Below, piece after piece: positions 13,202 to 28,239 of a stretch of 64,000 nucleotides of DNA. Each line of letters opens with the position of its first letter. Position 1 is the stretch's first letter. Position numbers and translations under genes: made by a program. The notes under the pieces were generated by a model, which worked only from the letters and a program-made list of their open reading frames with translations, had not been told where the DNA came from and made no database searches. The DNA lies in the NCBI GenBank assembly GCA_965153355.1, contig OZ231126.1, positions 25,296,001 to 25,360,000 of the forward strand, in the 5' to 3' direction. This DNA comes from Flaccisagitta enflata (Eukaryota).

Positions 13202-14154
13202 CGGTGCGCCGCATTAAAAAGAGAACGTTTTTCGTAAACTGTATTTCATTGCACTAGAATTGAATTTCAAAACCAAATATGGATGAATATGTTGCTCATG
13301 TGTTGGCAGTTGATGGATCCACCTTCAGTTTGGACGATGAGCTCCATACGACATGCCATCGAGGCGTACAAGTTGGCAAGGTGGTCGGTGGTGAGGCGGC
13401 ACCAAACTGTAAAAGCAACTAGTACAAAGGACATAGTTTGTGCTTTACTATTGGCCTGAGACACAGAAAATTCATGACCGTTTGAAAGCTCTGCAAAAAA
13501 TCTTCCAAATGCGACGTTGCTGGTCATTGTAGCTTCATTCGTTTAGAAAAAAATCACTGATCGAAAAAAGTGCCCATTTCAATTTTTTCCAACGAGAATT
13601 TTGGTCTTTCCGTTTTTGTCAATGATGCAGCTCGATATTCATGAGCAAATTAAAGAGCTTCGAATTTTCTTTTAAAAGGCGCCAAGAACAATTGTCTAAC
13701 TCAAAAGGTTTAGTTTTCATGTTAGAACAAAGATAACCTATTAAAATCACGTTGTGATTTTCCCAATTTTCGACAACCTGTCATTATTCTAATGCCATTT
13801 TTAAACGAATAGAGCTAGGGCATCCAGCAAGGTCTCATTTGAAAGATCTTTCGCAGAGCTTCAAAATGATCATGGATTTTGCTATGTTTTGTTTAGTGCT
13901 TGGATGTGAAACACGGACAAACAAGTAATTCGCTTTTTTTATTTTGCCACAGTTAAGTTTTTCCCCACTCCATTTTTCATAGCTTCTTTTTAAAGCGTCA
14001 CTGCGTCCAATCGAATTGACCTATCTAAATGCGGTTTGCGGCAAACGCTTCTTTTAAAGAGCTTCAAAATGGTCACCGACTAAATTACAATTTTTTTATT
14101 CTAAGCTGGGAAACCGTGGTAAACGTACTGTTCTCTTTTTTATGCGCCGCACTG
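13202..14154. mobile_element. Tc1/mariner-type MITE
   Basis: TA-CGGTGCGCCGCATTAAAAAGAGAAC ... GTTCTCTTTTTTATGCGCCGCACTG-TA. Confidence 0.8.
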
Positions 14155-14335
14155 TATATCATGAGTGTTATTGACGTATCTGGTAGAAATGGCGAATTTA
14201 TTGGGAAGATGACGAATACCTCTGACTTAAAGTTTGCTTTCTTTGTAATTTATACAGAAAATCGCAGCGTTGCTAGAATAATGATCGTCAAAAAATGCTT
14301 CAGAATCCCACGCGAAAGTTTTGATCGAGAGAGTT

Positions 14336-14532
14336 CTTAGTCGCGTGCACGCAAATCTATACCCCCTTTGTCTTTCTGTTTGTCTGTCGGTCCGTTGGTC
14401 TGTATCTCTCCGCCACACTATCACTTTTTTTGCATTCATAAAATATCGGGCTTCACCGCTCCTGCCGTTAAAATGCTGTAGTGACGGCAGATACTGCCCC
14501 TACCAACCCGTTAGCGTGTATCCGGCCTTGTT
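14336..14532 (+). mobile_element. HINE/DINE-1-like element (family A)
   Basis: TTAGTCGCGTGCACGC 5' end, GTCY-type microsatellite, 3' GTGTATCCGGCCTTGTT. Confidence 0.75.
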
Positions 14533-14577
14533 CATGATGGTTTGGATAGACATAGATTCCGCCTGTAAAATAAACAA

Positions 14578-14761
<184 letters not shown>

Positions 14762-15190
14762 ACACACACACACAAGACACAAGAAACAAGATGGACACAA
14801 TGAAGAAGACATGGGGGTGATAGTCATAGAGGAAGTAAAAGGAAAGGATGATATGTACAGAGTCACCAGAGAAAGACATTGGATCAACTGCCTTGGGACC
14901 TTCAATGAGGCGAACAAAAGAAAGTGAACCTGGGTTTTTTTTTGGGATAAAAACTATGCACCCAGGGGAATTTTTACTAAAAAAGCAGTCCAGTTTTGGG
15001 CTATACCGCGTTCAGACCTACTTTCCAAAAAAAAACGAAGAAAAAGAAGAATGAAAAAACGTATATTTGATATGAAAAATGAATTATTTTTGATTTTGTA
15101 ATGACATTTTGTACATCTACGTCTCAGGTTTAACGCCTATGATAAAGGGGGCATGGACCTCCGAAAATTTGGCAAAATTTCGTTCTTATT

Positions 15191-15316
<126 letters not shown>

Positions 15317-15494
15317 AAAAACCAAATAAATATAAGAAGGAAAATCATAAATCAACAATTTCAAAGAAAATGTACACATGTATGATTGATAAAAAAGGAT
15401 CCCTGCAATCCCTGCGATTTCCTTATTCCTTGTTTCCAACAATGGAATTTTTACGAAGCACCTGTGTTGAATATGTAAATGGCTCGCTGAATAA

Positions 15495-15615
<121 letters not shown>

Positions 15616-16134
15616 CGAAAAAAAAAAATGAAAAGAATACAAAGAGCGATTATAAAAAGAACAAAAAATTTGGAACAAAAAGATAAAAAAAAAATAAAGA
15701 AAAAGAAATGAAAGAAAAAGGGAAAAGAAAAAAAAAAAGAAGAGAAGGAATCGGATATTCTAGTTGGGTCGGTTCGGGCCTTCGTTGCCGTCTCTTTCGC
15801 TTCAAATGCTCCTTATGCAACGTCAGCCGCAGCGACAGCAGCTGCAGCAGAGACACGCAGCAGTCGTGCGGCAAAAAACGAAGCAGCAGCATGAGGATCA
15901 GCCATCTTGGTTTTTCATTGATTATAGATGGCGTCAGTGCACTCTAGCGGCTGTTCCATGCAGCACTAACTGATGGCTCATAAATTATCCGATTTCAGAC
16001 GTTTCTTTCTTTTTCAAATACCTTTTTTTTTCTCGGCGGTTAATTTTGCTGCTTTCCATTTAATACTTTTGATTTAAATTCTTCCTCAATTACACGCTCA
16101 CTAGGTATCAATGATGACAACGACGACAACGATA

Positions 16135-16198
<64 letters not shown>

Positions 16199-16200
16199 GC

Positions 16201-16254
<54 letters not shown>

Positions 16255-16366
16255 AACAACAACAACAATAACAACAACAACAACAACAGCAATAACAACA
16301 ACCACAACAACAACAACAACAACATTACCAACAACAACATTACCAACAACAACAACAAAAAAACCC

Positions 16367-16467
<101 letters not shown>

Positions 16468-16498
16468 CCACAACAACAACATTACCAACAACAACATT

Positions 16499-16536
<38 letters not shown>

Positions 16537-16665
16537 AAAAACTAACAACAACAACAACAATAAATAAAAATAAAAAATAATAATAACAATAATAATAAAT
16601 AACAACAACAACAACAACAACAACAACAAAAAAAAAACAACATCAACAACAAGTACAACAACCGC

Positions 16666-16772
<107 letters not shown>

Positions 16773-16821
16773 CGATAAAAGGACAATAGCTGTTAGAAAC
16801 AACAACAACAACAACAACAAT

Positions 16822-17023
<202 letters not shown>

Positions 17024-17108
17024 CTTTAGCAGAAACAATATCGAGGCGACTGGAGCCAAAGTCAGATATTGGTAAAGAGGTTTTCCTTTTCTGAGATTTA
17101 AGTTCGGC

Positions 17109-17204
<96 letters not shown>

Positions 17205-17491
17205 GGTTCTTTCTTTCTGACGCAAGCACTGTCTCTGTTTCTGTGTCTCTCTTAACTTCCTCTCTGCCAGCGCCACTCTCTCTTTGTCTCCTTGTCTCCT
17301 TGTCTCTTTCTAACTTTGTCTCCCAGTTGCACTGTTTCTCTCCGTTAGCCTTTCGTTTTGTCTATCTGTCTGTCTGTCTGCCTATCTTTCTGTCTGTCTC
17401 TCTGTCTGTCTGTCTCTCTTTCTGTCTGTGTGTGTGTCTGTCTGGCTGTTTGTCTGTCTGTCTGTCTGTCTGCCTGTCTGTCTGGCGGTCG

Positions 17492-17527
<36 letters not shown>

Positions 17528-17642
17528 CTTTTATTCCGCCCCTCGTTTGGTCCGTCGTGTTTTCATGTCTGACTGGGTTTTCCTTTCCAACTTCTCTAAC
17601 TAAATCCTTCTGTTCGTCTGCCTGCTGTCTTTCTCTGTGTTT

Positions 17643-17871
<229 letters not shown>

Positions 17872-17983
17872 TGTGTTTCTTTGCTGATCTGTCATTTTGC
17901 ATCTGTGATTTCCGGATGGTGTGATATTTCAATCTGGCAATATGTCTGCATCAGTTGTCTGTCTGTCTTTCTGTCTGTCTCTG

Positions 17984-18037
<54 letters not shown>

Positions 18038-18179
18038 CATGTCTCACTGAATTCTGAAATTTGCTTTTCTGTTTTCTCTGTTCTCTCTTGGTTTGCATTT
18101 CAATGAGAAAGCAAAAGCCAGGAGCCATCATTTTCTTCAACAAGAGAAAAGCTAAAATGACACAACCCCCTCCCTGCAG

Positions 18180-18251
<72 letters not shown>

Positions 18252-18779
18252 CATCTTTTCGATTTTGAATGAATATTTGAGGCTTCAAATTGGTAACGTC
18301 TGCAAAGTGCATTTTCTAAAGGGTAACGGGGACGGATTGTCTCACTCTTTATTTGTGAAACACTTTTATTCGGCTCTTTTCCTTGGTTTCTTTTTTCAAT
18401 TTCTTACAGTTTTAACAAACAAAAGGAGAGACTTTTTTTCCAGACAGACAAAACGACACATGGGCGTATTCTTTTCTCTTCTCCTTTGCTCCATTTCCCA
18501 CATTTTTCTAGTTCTACCTTCACCATATCTTTTCTTTTTTGTTCCTCTTCATTGCATATCTCCCCATACACTCAGTTTCACATTTCGTCATCTTCGTTCT
18601 TCAACTTTTTCCTCTTCTTTACGCACATTGATAACTCATAGTATTCCATATCTGACTTCGCATTCTAAATGTCGATATTAATCCTCAACTTTTCTTCATG
18701 GACATGATCATCTTCATGATAATCTGAACCTGAATCTCAACTCGATCAGTAAGTGTCCGATGTCCATGTTCATTTCAAT

Positions 18780-19800
18780 TTTCATCCTAACCGTCGCCCT
18801 ATCGCTCAATCTTCAACTTCATCTTCATACTTCGTACTCATCTTCATCTTTATGCTCATCATTATCCTCATCCTATTCTTCTTCTCCCTCGCCTTCATCC
18901 TTATCCCAATCCTTATCCTCACTCTAACGTTCATCCTTGTTCTAATTCTAATCCAAATATGCATCAGCCTAATCATCCTTTCCTAATTATCATCTTCCCC
19001 CTCATCCTAATCCAAATCTACATCGTCATAAATATTGATCATCTTCATCATCATTTTTTTCCTCATCTCCAGCTTCAATTCATCCTCATCCAAATCTACA
19101 TCATGATCGTCTTCATCATCATTTTCATTCTCATCTTCATCTTAATCCTCATCTTCATTTTCATTCTCATCTTCATTTTCATTCTCATCTTCATCATCAT
19201 TTTCATTCTCATCTTCATCTTCATTCTCATCTTCATCTTCATCTTGATCCTCATCCTCAGTGGTTGCACGCTGGCAATTCCTTTCCTCTGTCCCGCCCTC
19301 TTCGTTCGGCCTACATTCCTTCCCGTTTTTTCCTCCGTCGTTTCCACCTTTCCGCCTTTCTTTTTTCTATTCCTTTTCTTTCTTTTTCTTTTTCTTTTTC
19401 CTCTCCTCTTTTCTTTTTCATTTTTCATCCCACTTTTCCTTCCACCTCTCTCTGTTCTCTTTTCTCTTTTTCTCCTTTTCCTTTTTTCTTTTTTTTTTTC
19501 TCTTTGCTTTTTCTTTCTTATTTTTTTCTTTTCTAATGAGGGGGAAAGGGTGTCGCTGTTTCTGTTTTTATTTTTATCTTCATTTTCATTTTCATTTTCA
19601 TTTTCATTTTCATTTTCATTTTCATTTTCATTTTCATTTTCATTTTCATTTTCATTTTTATCTTTATTTTCATTTTTATCTTTATTTTTATTTTCATTTT
19701 CATTTTCATTTTTTTTTTCATTTTCATGTTCCTTTTCATTTTTATCTTTATTTTCATTTTCGTTTTATTTTTGTTTTGTTTCTGTTTTTGTTTTTGTTCA
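18780..19800 (+). repeat. Degenerate (TCATCT)n / (TTTTCA)n low-complexity region
   Basis: Direct read. Confidence 0.85.
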
Positions 19801-19876
19801 TCGTGGGGAAACTAAACAAGCCAATGAGTATATAACGTGACCGGATACACAGCCTTGTGGGCCTGGAGCAGTAGTC

Positions 19877-20580
19877 AACAAGGCCGTATACACGAGCCGA
19901 AGTCGCGTGCGGGTGGGCAGGAGCGGCGAAAAAGCTAAAACAGGTCGCCCAAGGGCAATATATGGTCAGCGATACCCGTTGCCCTGCTTTGAGTGATTGT
20001 GAATTGGAGTGAGGGGAAGCAGGGCAGCGGCCCCGAAGGGGACGAAGTCCTGTAAAACACAGGGGGACTTTCGCTCGTCTTGCCTGAAGTGGATGAGATG
20101 CTACATAGAGGGCTGACTGAAAGCTTTCAAGAGCTTAAACTGAGGTCTAAGAAGGCTGATGCAAGGCCTGAGAATGCCAATTGGAAGCTTGGGAGGGCTG
20201 ACTTGAGGCTTGATAGCAAAAATTGAGGCTTAGATGGCTAATATGAGGCCTTTGAGAGAATTTGGAATAAAGGCCTGAGAGGCCTAATTTGAGGTCTGAG
20301 AGGCCAGGCTTGAGGCCTGAGAGGCTGGATTTGAGGCCTGAGAGGCTGAATTTGAGGCCTGAGATGCCATATTTGAGGCTTGAGAGGCCAGATTTGAGGC
20401 CTGAGGGGCCTGATGGGGGGGACGAACTAACTAACGAACGAACGAAAGGCCCCTGTGTTCTACAGGACTTCGTCCCCTTCGGGGCCGCTGCCCAAAAGCT
20501 AAGTGGGACCGACCGACAGATGGACGGATGGACCGACAGACGGACAGAGTGGGTCATAGAGTCGCGTGCACGCGACTAAA
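19877..20580 (-). mobile_element. HINE family A with a nested family B2 element (19939-20493)
   Basis: Both family A ends present; the insert is bounded by the GGGCAGCGGCCCCGAAGGGGACGAAGTCCTGTA inverted repeat and contains 21-bp GAGGCCTGAGAGGC units. Confidence 0.85.
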
Positions 20581-20726
20581 AAACTACTCGCAAATTTAAC
20601 AAAATATTACGGATGGCCAGAAGGACTGACTCACCAACCGACTGTCACAGCATCTTATAGAGTGGCGTGTCCGCGACTAATAACATTGGAAGTCGTCACC
20701 CCTTGCAGCGTGTTCTCCCTCAGCTC

Positions 20727-20786
20727 TCGACTCCTTCGGCTCTCGACTCCCTCGGCTCTCGACTCCCTCAGCTCTCGATTCCCTCG
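20727..20786 (+). repeat. 16-bp tandem repeat CTCCCTCGGCTCTCGA (array starts about 20716, about 4.5 copies)
   Basis: Direct read. Confidence 0.8.
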
Positions 20787-21497
20787 CTGTCGTGTTCAAG
20801 AATGACCTTCAATTTCACATCCTCTTGACTTATGCGCAATTACGACTCAGACGATGATAAATGGCTTCCGGATGTTGTCACGTCTCTCCCTCCCGGATGA
20901 AGACACATTCCACCCCCAGTTGTGACATGTCCTATTCTCCTTGACATTGATGTGTCTCCACCCGGATGTTTGCACGTCCCTGCCCCTCCCCCATGACACG
21001 TCCCTTCCTCCCGTATGTAGACATGACCCCACCCAGATGTTTTCATGTCCCTTCCCCGGAAGTGAAATAACCCTTCCTCCCGACTCCCAAATGTTAATGT
21101 TTACCTTGTCAGATGTTGGCATATTCCTTCCATTCGGGATGCGGTTGATTTTCATGCCGCCTCCACCTCCGTCTCCAGTTCCATTTTGCAGCTTTCCCAT
21201 CCACTAAATTATCAGAATTGGTCAACCGCTTCCGCATCCCATGCTCCTGGATTTGGACGGGGTCCCAAACAAATGTTAACATGCGTTGCGTAATATAATT
21301 CCTGGATGTTGACTTGTCCTCTCCAGTATCCGGACGAAATGGATGTAACCCGGATGTTGAGTCACCCCCTCTCTGCGGATGAAGACGTGACTTCACCCGG
21401 ATGTGTATTTGTAACCATCCAGATGGGACCGCGAGCCCACTTGGATGTTACCATGTTCTCTCCCAAACATCGAAAAACACCCACCCAAATGTTGATA

Positions 21498-21674
21498 CAA
21501 TTGAACCCCGCTCTAACAGAGCGGCCAGCAACGGAAAGCCGCCTGAGACAGTTGCAAATTCATGGTCCCCTCAGCTTCTTTTCTTTAATTCTTTATGTTG
21601 TTGATAACAGAATTTTGCCTATAACAGAAAAGAGTTATTGGTCCCTTGAAATCCGTTAGAGCGGGATTTAACTG
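21498..21674. mobile_element. pogo/Tigger-like MITE, same family as 10911
   Basis: TA-CAATTGAACCCCGCTCTAAC ... GTTAGAGCGGGATTTAACTG. Confidence 0.7.
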
Positions 21675-22232
21675 TGCATCCATTACCCGCATCTTTATTT
21701 TGATTAACACCAACTACTGAATCTGACAATATAACAGTTCATTCAACAACTAACGGATAACCCTTTTGTTGCTCAGTGAATTTTCTCAGTGGATCTAGCG
21801 ATCTTATAGTTCAACAACCGACAGTGGACCTCCCAACAATAAAATGAAGCCCAGAGACAGAGTGTCAAAATTTCATGACGGAGTCTAATGAAATCTTACG
21901 GTCAGACTTAGCTTTCATGATCATGAACGTTGCGATATTTATGCCGCATGAAAATTTAAAAAAACTCGAACTTCTTTTTTTTTAACGCCTCATAGTTTTC
22001 TAAGATCCAATGAGATTTTTATTCATTCGTTCAGGCAATCATAGGAATTTTTTTTCCTCTTCTTTTTTTCTGTTTTTCTCTGTTTTTCCCCTCTTTATCT
22101 TTCTTTTTTATTCGAACCATCATCTGGCGTGTTTCAGTCCCCGGTTTGCGGTTTCAGCATAACAGAAATTCATGGATGAGTTTCATCCTTTTGATCATCT
22201 ATATGCAAAGTAACTCATTGCTTCTCATATCG

Positions 22233-22355
<123 letters not shown>

Positions 22356-22514
22356 CGCCCCTTTTTTCTATGGAAAACCAGAGGAAACGAAGATGGGAAT
22401 GGGGAATAAAACCTTACAGGGAGGAGTAAGGAAAAAGAGACAAGGGGTTGGGGGTGATTGAAAACAGCAAGAGAAGCTTATGTAAACGAACGCTACATCC
22501 CACCTACCAGCCAT

Positions 22515-22593
<79 letters not shown>

Positions 22594-23194
22594 TTCAGTC
22601 ATGGGGAAATATTCATAAATCATGCTCATGCATATTCAGAGAAAAGAGAGAAGGTTTTTTACTTTCCCCGCCTGATCTTTAAAGAGATACTAAATCAGGT
22701 TCATAGTTTTCTATCATCCATTTCCCGTTTTTCTATGGAAGCTCAGGGTAATGGCTCCCGCTTAGCGCCCTCTCTTGTCCACGTGTCCAAACGGAGAGGC
22801 CAGAAATGATAGAAAAAGATGAGTGTAAAAACTGACTTCGTCTCTCTATTACTATGATACGTAATATCTACTGTTTACATAGGACACTTGACATCTATGA
22901 AAGTCAAGCTCGTATCAAATTTTGCATGAAGTAATTTTGTTCCATACAAGACGATGATGTATTATCATTTATTGTAGTAATGTTAGCCATGAGTCAAAAA
23001 ATTCCGGCTTGATCAAGATATACCATGTCATAGCTAATCTGCCAAGTAAATAAGGCTAGTAGGCAGTAATGAATCTTGCAAAAGCAATGTTACATCACTG
23101 TCATACTACTCAGTACCTTGGATCAGAATGTCCGGCGGTTGCATTAAGCTTGACCTCGATTCTATCCTTCAAGGGTATGGTTTCTTAACAATAT

Positions 23195-23425
23195 TACCCT
23201 CGAGTGATTTGTTGAATTTTGGTAACTTTGGTAACAATAATTGGCCCTTAACTATTTTGGTAAGCATTAGTGTTTTGGGTTAGACTCAGAATGGATGTTT
23301 GCTAAGTTAGTTTTGCTAAATGGAAAACTAGGAGTGATGCGCGTAGTAACTAGTCAGTGAGGGCTCACAAGGCCTTCTTCCATATTTTTAATTTGGGTAT
23401 AGTGAGGGATGTTGTTTCACCTGTC
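23195..23425 (+). repeat. Dispersed repeat, also at about 46735-46890, 47480-47705 and inverted at 54225-54296
   Basis: AAACTAGGAGTGATGCGCGTAGTAACTAGTCAGTGAGGGCT.ACAAGGCC..CTTCCAT..GAGGGAT.TTG shared among copies; the 54225 copy has only the 3' part. Confidence 0.8.
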
Positions 23426-24120
23426 ATCATAGTTGTACATGACCCAAGACACATAGTGTGGCTCGGCTCAGCTCAGACAATAGTCCCCCATGTCATGTCA
23501 AGCTTTGTCGGAATCCTTGAATTCAGCTACATCTCGGGTCAACACGGGTGCTCCCCTTGGGGCATGGACCTATCTGAAAGTTTGAGTAAACTCGCTTTAA
23601 TATTATTTTCTGCTGACTTTATTCGATATATAGAAATATTTTCATCTTAAGACTAACAGAATTCAAAACCAGAATGATTCCTTTTAAACCCGGAAAGTGT
23701 ATCTTTTATTATCTGCGCAACTTAAGAGCAGCATATCAGTTCATAATTGCAATTCCATTTCAATATAGCTCAATTGTTTCATAAACTTATAAACCATAAT
23801 GTTCAAACTTCATTATGCAAATTAGGTTTATAATGTTGAAGCTGCTACGTTTCTCGCTAGTTATAAATTTGATTTATCGTTGTGGCGTTCCTTGTCGGAT
23901 TTTCCAATGTACTTTGAAAAATGTCATTTACCCCTATTTCTATTTTTCATCAAATTTTTCTACCACCATAAATCATTGCTTTCTCGGCGGTGGTGTTGCG
24001 CCCTGCTCCAGAGTCAACACCTTTGCTGTTTTTTTGGTGCGTGTCCCTTCTTTGGATGTCTTTAAAAATCTTAGATAATTGTTTTCACTTGTGGCTCCGT
24101 GCATACCTATATTTTAAAAC

Positions 24121-24226
<106 letters not shown>

Positions 24227-24373
24227 AACCTATAGATTAAAAGACCCTCTTGAAGCGATGCAAGGACGCAAGGACGAAACACTGCATCGTATTAATAATT
24301 CAGATGTGAAGGGAAAAAGTGGGTGATGACAGAGTGAGATGAAGAAAAAAATACGGAAAAGAAAAAACGACAG

Positions 24374-24434
<61 letters not shown>

Positions 24435-24710
24435 AAACAAAATCCAATGAAAAACGTGAAATGATTAATGGAATGAAGGAAAACCTCGGATTGAAATACG
24501 AAATCAAAGGATGAAATTTTTTTACTCAAGGAAAAAAATTTCACTTAATCTTTTTTTTTTTCTAACTTTTTTTCTCTTTTGGATTCTTCAAATGCTTTTG
24601 TATTGATCTTAAAACTTTCCACTAAGATGAAAGGAATAATGAATGTTGTGGTTATTGAAATTCGCAAGTCACATTTCATCTTTAAACATCGTTAAATAAA
24701 GAGTATTTTT

Positions 24711-24912
24711 TTAGTCGCGTGCACGCGACACTACGACCAGCCTTGTCCGTCGGTCGGTCGGTCGGTTGGTTGGTCGGTCGGTCGATCACATTTCATTTTT
24801 TTTATGATTTTATTTTTTGACCTAACTGCTCCTGTCCAAATGGACTTGTGACTTCAGAGATGGCCCTTGCCCACCCGCACGTGACTTCGGTAGCCGTGTA
24901 TCCGGCCTTGTT
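24711..24912 (+). mobile_element. HINE family A
   Basis: 5' AGTCGCGTGCACGCGAC, (GTCG/GTTG)n, 3' CACGTGACT..GCCGTGTATCCGGCCTTGTT. Confidence 0.85.
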
Positions 24913-25570
24913 TCCATTGCATTTGAAATGGTTTCAAAAGGAAAAATCAGAAGAAAAAAAAACAATGAATAACGTCTTGCAAAGGAGTTTTACAATGTTT
25001 GGATATCTGCAGTCAAATATTTCAATCTCATAGAAAAAAAATTAACATGCTAATGAAATGTTATCTTTAAGTGGATGATATTTGCAGTATGATTGGAAAT
25101 GGAATTATTGATTAGGAAAACTGTACCAAGTTATGATATCAAAACACCTGATAGCATAGTGAATTGGAAACGGATTTTCCCGAAAATGATAACATGATTA
25201 AGGGTAAATCATTCTATTTAGCTTCAGAGTGAAACAAACCCGATCAGGCAACGCATACTGGAATTCAGATGCCGCCGCTTCTTTTTTATTTGATTTTTTC
25301 ATCATGATGCGTCCTGACTGTGTCCCCGCGTATATAGACTTCGGTGCTAGACATATGAGGGACAGATGGACGGACAGACAGGTCAAAAGAGGCTCTCAAA
25401 AATTGACCGCTTCCTCGCCCCTACGCAAAACATCCTAAAGAGTTTCAGGTTGGTTACGTGACATTGCTGCGGCTTAAAAGTGCCGAAAACTGCGATTTAC
25501 GATTTACTTTTACACCAACCCTTGTTCCGTCTTCTTAAGTCAATAAAGCCTCTCACCGCTCCTCACTCAC

Positions 25571-25780
25571 TTGCCTAGATACTTTGTCCTTCCAACTTCG
25601 ACATTCCCAATCATCAATCCTTTCACTCCCGATCACAAACCCCCGTAAATCGCCTTCGTCATTCGACGCTTCTGTCGGCAACTCTGTCGGCAACTCTGTC
25701 GGCGCGTTTGACAGCGCATCCGGCTTCATGTCGGTATTTCCGGCTTCCTGTCGGCGTTTCCGGCGTGGATGATCTGCGTC
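25571..25780 (-). CDS. Candidate exon, unknown product
   Basis: GC-rich, 210 nt open in phase 0 (DADHPRRKRRQEAG..PTELPTELPTE..WECRSWKDKVSRQ), strong donor CAA|GTGAGT, weak acceptor. Confidence 0.3.
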
Positions 25781-26440
25781 CTAATTCGGTGTTGATCGGC
25801 GTTTATGGGTTTCCATTCCATCACAAATCGTCGGGGTTCCGCGCTTCACTTCTACTCTCAGCTTTTTGATGAAGCCGCCCTTTACCTCCTCTTCTGCCGC
25901 CGCCGCCGCCTCCTCCTCCCCCTTCTCGTCCTCCTCCTCCTCCCCCTTCTCGTCCTCCTCCTCCGCCGCCGCCGCCGCCTTTGCCTTCGCCGCTTTGAGT
26001 CTACCTTTCGAGTGCACCCCATAAAAACGCCCATAAATTTTGATCCCTGACGAGAAGCAGAGTACACACAAACTATCGAATCTTTTTCGCTCTTTCTAAT
26101 GCCATGCCTCCTCTATCGCTGTTGCTTTCTTTTTTTTTCTCTCTCTCTCTCTCATTTCTTAAATCTCAAGAGCGTCATATCGATCTATAACGAGGCAAAC
26201 AAGTGCGTCGTGATGTGCCTGGCCGGAGCGTTAGTAACGAAATGGCAATCGTCGTTACCTAATCTTGAGAATTCTTCGCGCAGTTGAGAATGGAGACAGA
26301 TCTTGATGTACAACTACAACAGTCGCGGTGGGTCGGAAAAGAATAATTATGATGGTCTCGTTTGTTGGGACCGACAATCCTTAGTAGGGACCGACGGATA
26401 AGCGGATCTGACACAGCAACGAGTAGAGTGTAACAACCAG

Positions 26441-26586
<146 letters not shown>

Positions 26587-27134
26587 GAACAACAACAACC
26601 ATCTCGGTTAATCATTACCGGTTTTTAACTGGCGGTATTTTAGCACTGTTTTTGGCCTAGGGAAGAGGCAATGGGCTAGAAAAAATGAATAAAGATACAT
26701 CTTGTCCGGCAAGGTTAAATGCCCTGAAAATCATTGATTTGAGGAGAACCGATGACTTATGGTCACAGACATTAGGCTCAATAATTAGGTTCGATCTGTC
26801 TGCAGATAATTATGCATTGATACAGTGTCTATTGTTACATGACGCTTGCTGACAACCCGATGACAGTCTTACGCGTGGCAAATTAGTTAACAACCTTTTT
26901 CAAGTTGATTCTTCTCCGAAAAAATGCGCGACAAATTAATTTGAATGCGTCGAAAACTTGGTCATAGTTCCTGATTATAATCGTTCTTTTTCTTTTTAGC
27001 TTTATTCCTTTTTTCATTTTAAATCTAATCTTGCGTCTTTTTCCGGCTGACTTGGTATGACGCGGTAAACACTTTATAGCCTAGATTTACTCAGTTGTTT
27101 TTAAGTCTTATGCAACAACAATGGCGCCAACATT

Positions 27135-27226
<92 letters not shown>

Positions 27227-27414
27227 ACAACAAACAACAATAAATGGACGGATAAGCAGATGGGCAGATGTAAAATCGAAAAAAAAAAAACAGAAAAAAG
27301 TGACTTTGCGCACTTATTTCGACTGTAGCCGTTTAATCTTCACGATTTGCTCGCTATTCACCGTGAGATCGATTTTCTATTTTTTTGTCAGCGAGGAAGA
27401 GGGAGAGGGTGAAA

Positions 27415-27815
27415 AACAAGGTCGTATACACTCCCCTGCAGTCGCGGAAGGGTGGGCAGGAGCGAAGTAGCGAGAAAATAAGAAAAGAAGACGCTCACAT
27501 TTTGTTACAGTTACTAATAGACCAACGGACACACACTTACTTTGTTTAATTGTAAATCGCGAAAATGTTTTTCTTTCTCATGATATCCTTTTGTAGAAAT
27601 CTAGCGATTTTAACTTTTAAGTTGGTTGTTGCTATGACTGATTCTTATATATAAGTTCTAATTCAAGGGATATCCATTTTAGGATGGATCTAAGCCCAGG
27701 ATTAGATGCTCATTTCACTTCACGAATCAGTCGAGTGTGGACGGACAGACGGACCGACCGACGGACCGACATCAGTCCAACAGTGCATGTTCTTGAGTCG
27801 CGTGTCCGCGACTAA
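27415..27815 (-). mobile_element. HINE family A interrupted by a CACAC...GTGTG-bounded insert (27532-27739)
   Basis: Both A ends present; the right end of the insert matches window positions 1-70. Confidence 0.7.
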
Positions 27816-28145
27816 AAAGCGAAAAGCAAATTAGTAAGATGAAAAAAAGCAAAGAGAAAATGATGACTGGCAGTTTAAAGTTAGGTAAGGGGATAAAGGA
27901 CCAAGGAGGGCAACAAATGACGGGGTGAAGGAAAAGAAGCGAACACGAATGTAATCATATATTAATGTATCCATGCATGAATCAACCTTACTTTCTATCG
28001 TATAATCTTTCTAACGACTCATTAATCTACAGATCCAATTATCTGTTCATCTATCTATCTATCCATATAACAATCTATCGATGGTCATTCTTCCAAATAC
28101 AATATACATGTATTCATTATTCACATAGATATCAGCATCTGTCTT

Positions 28146-28239
<94 letters not shown>

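Noticed and set aside
15750-15960. Gln/Ala-rich exon
   Set aside because: GCA-rich low complexity, no clear splice sites or recognisable motif.
18959-19840. 293-aa hydrophobic ORF
   Set aside because: Low-complexity TCATCT/TTTTCA repeats.
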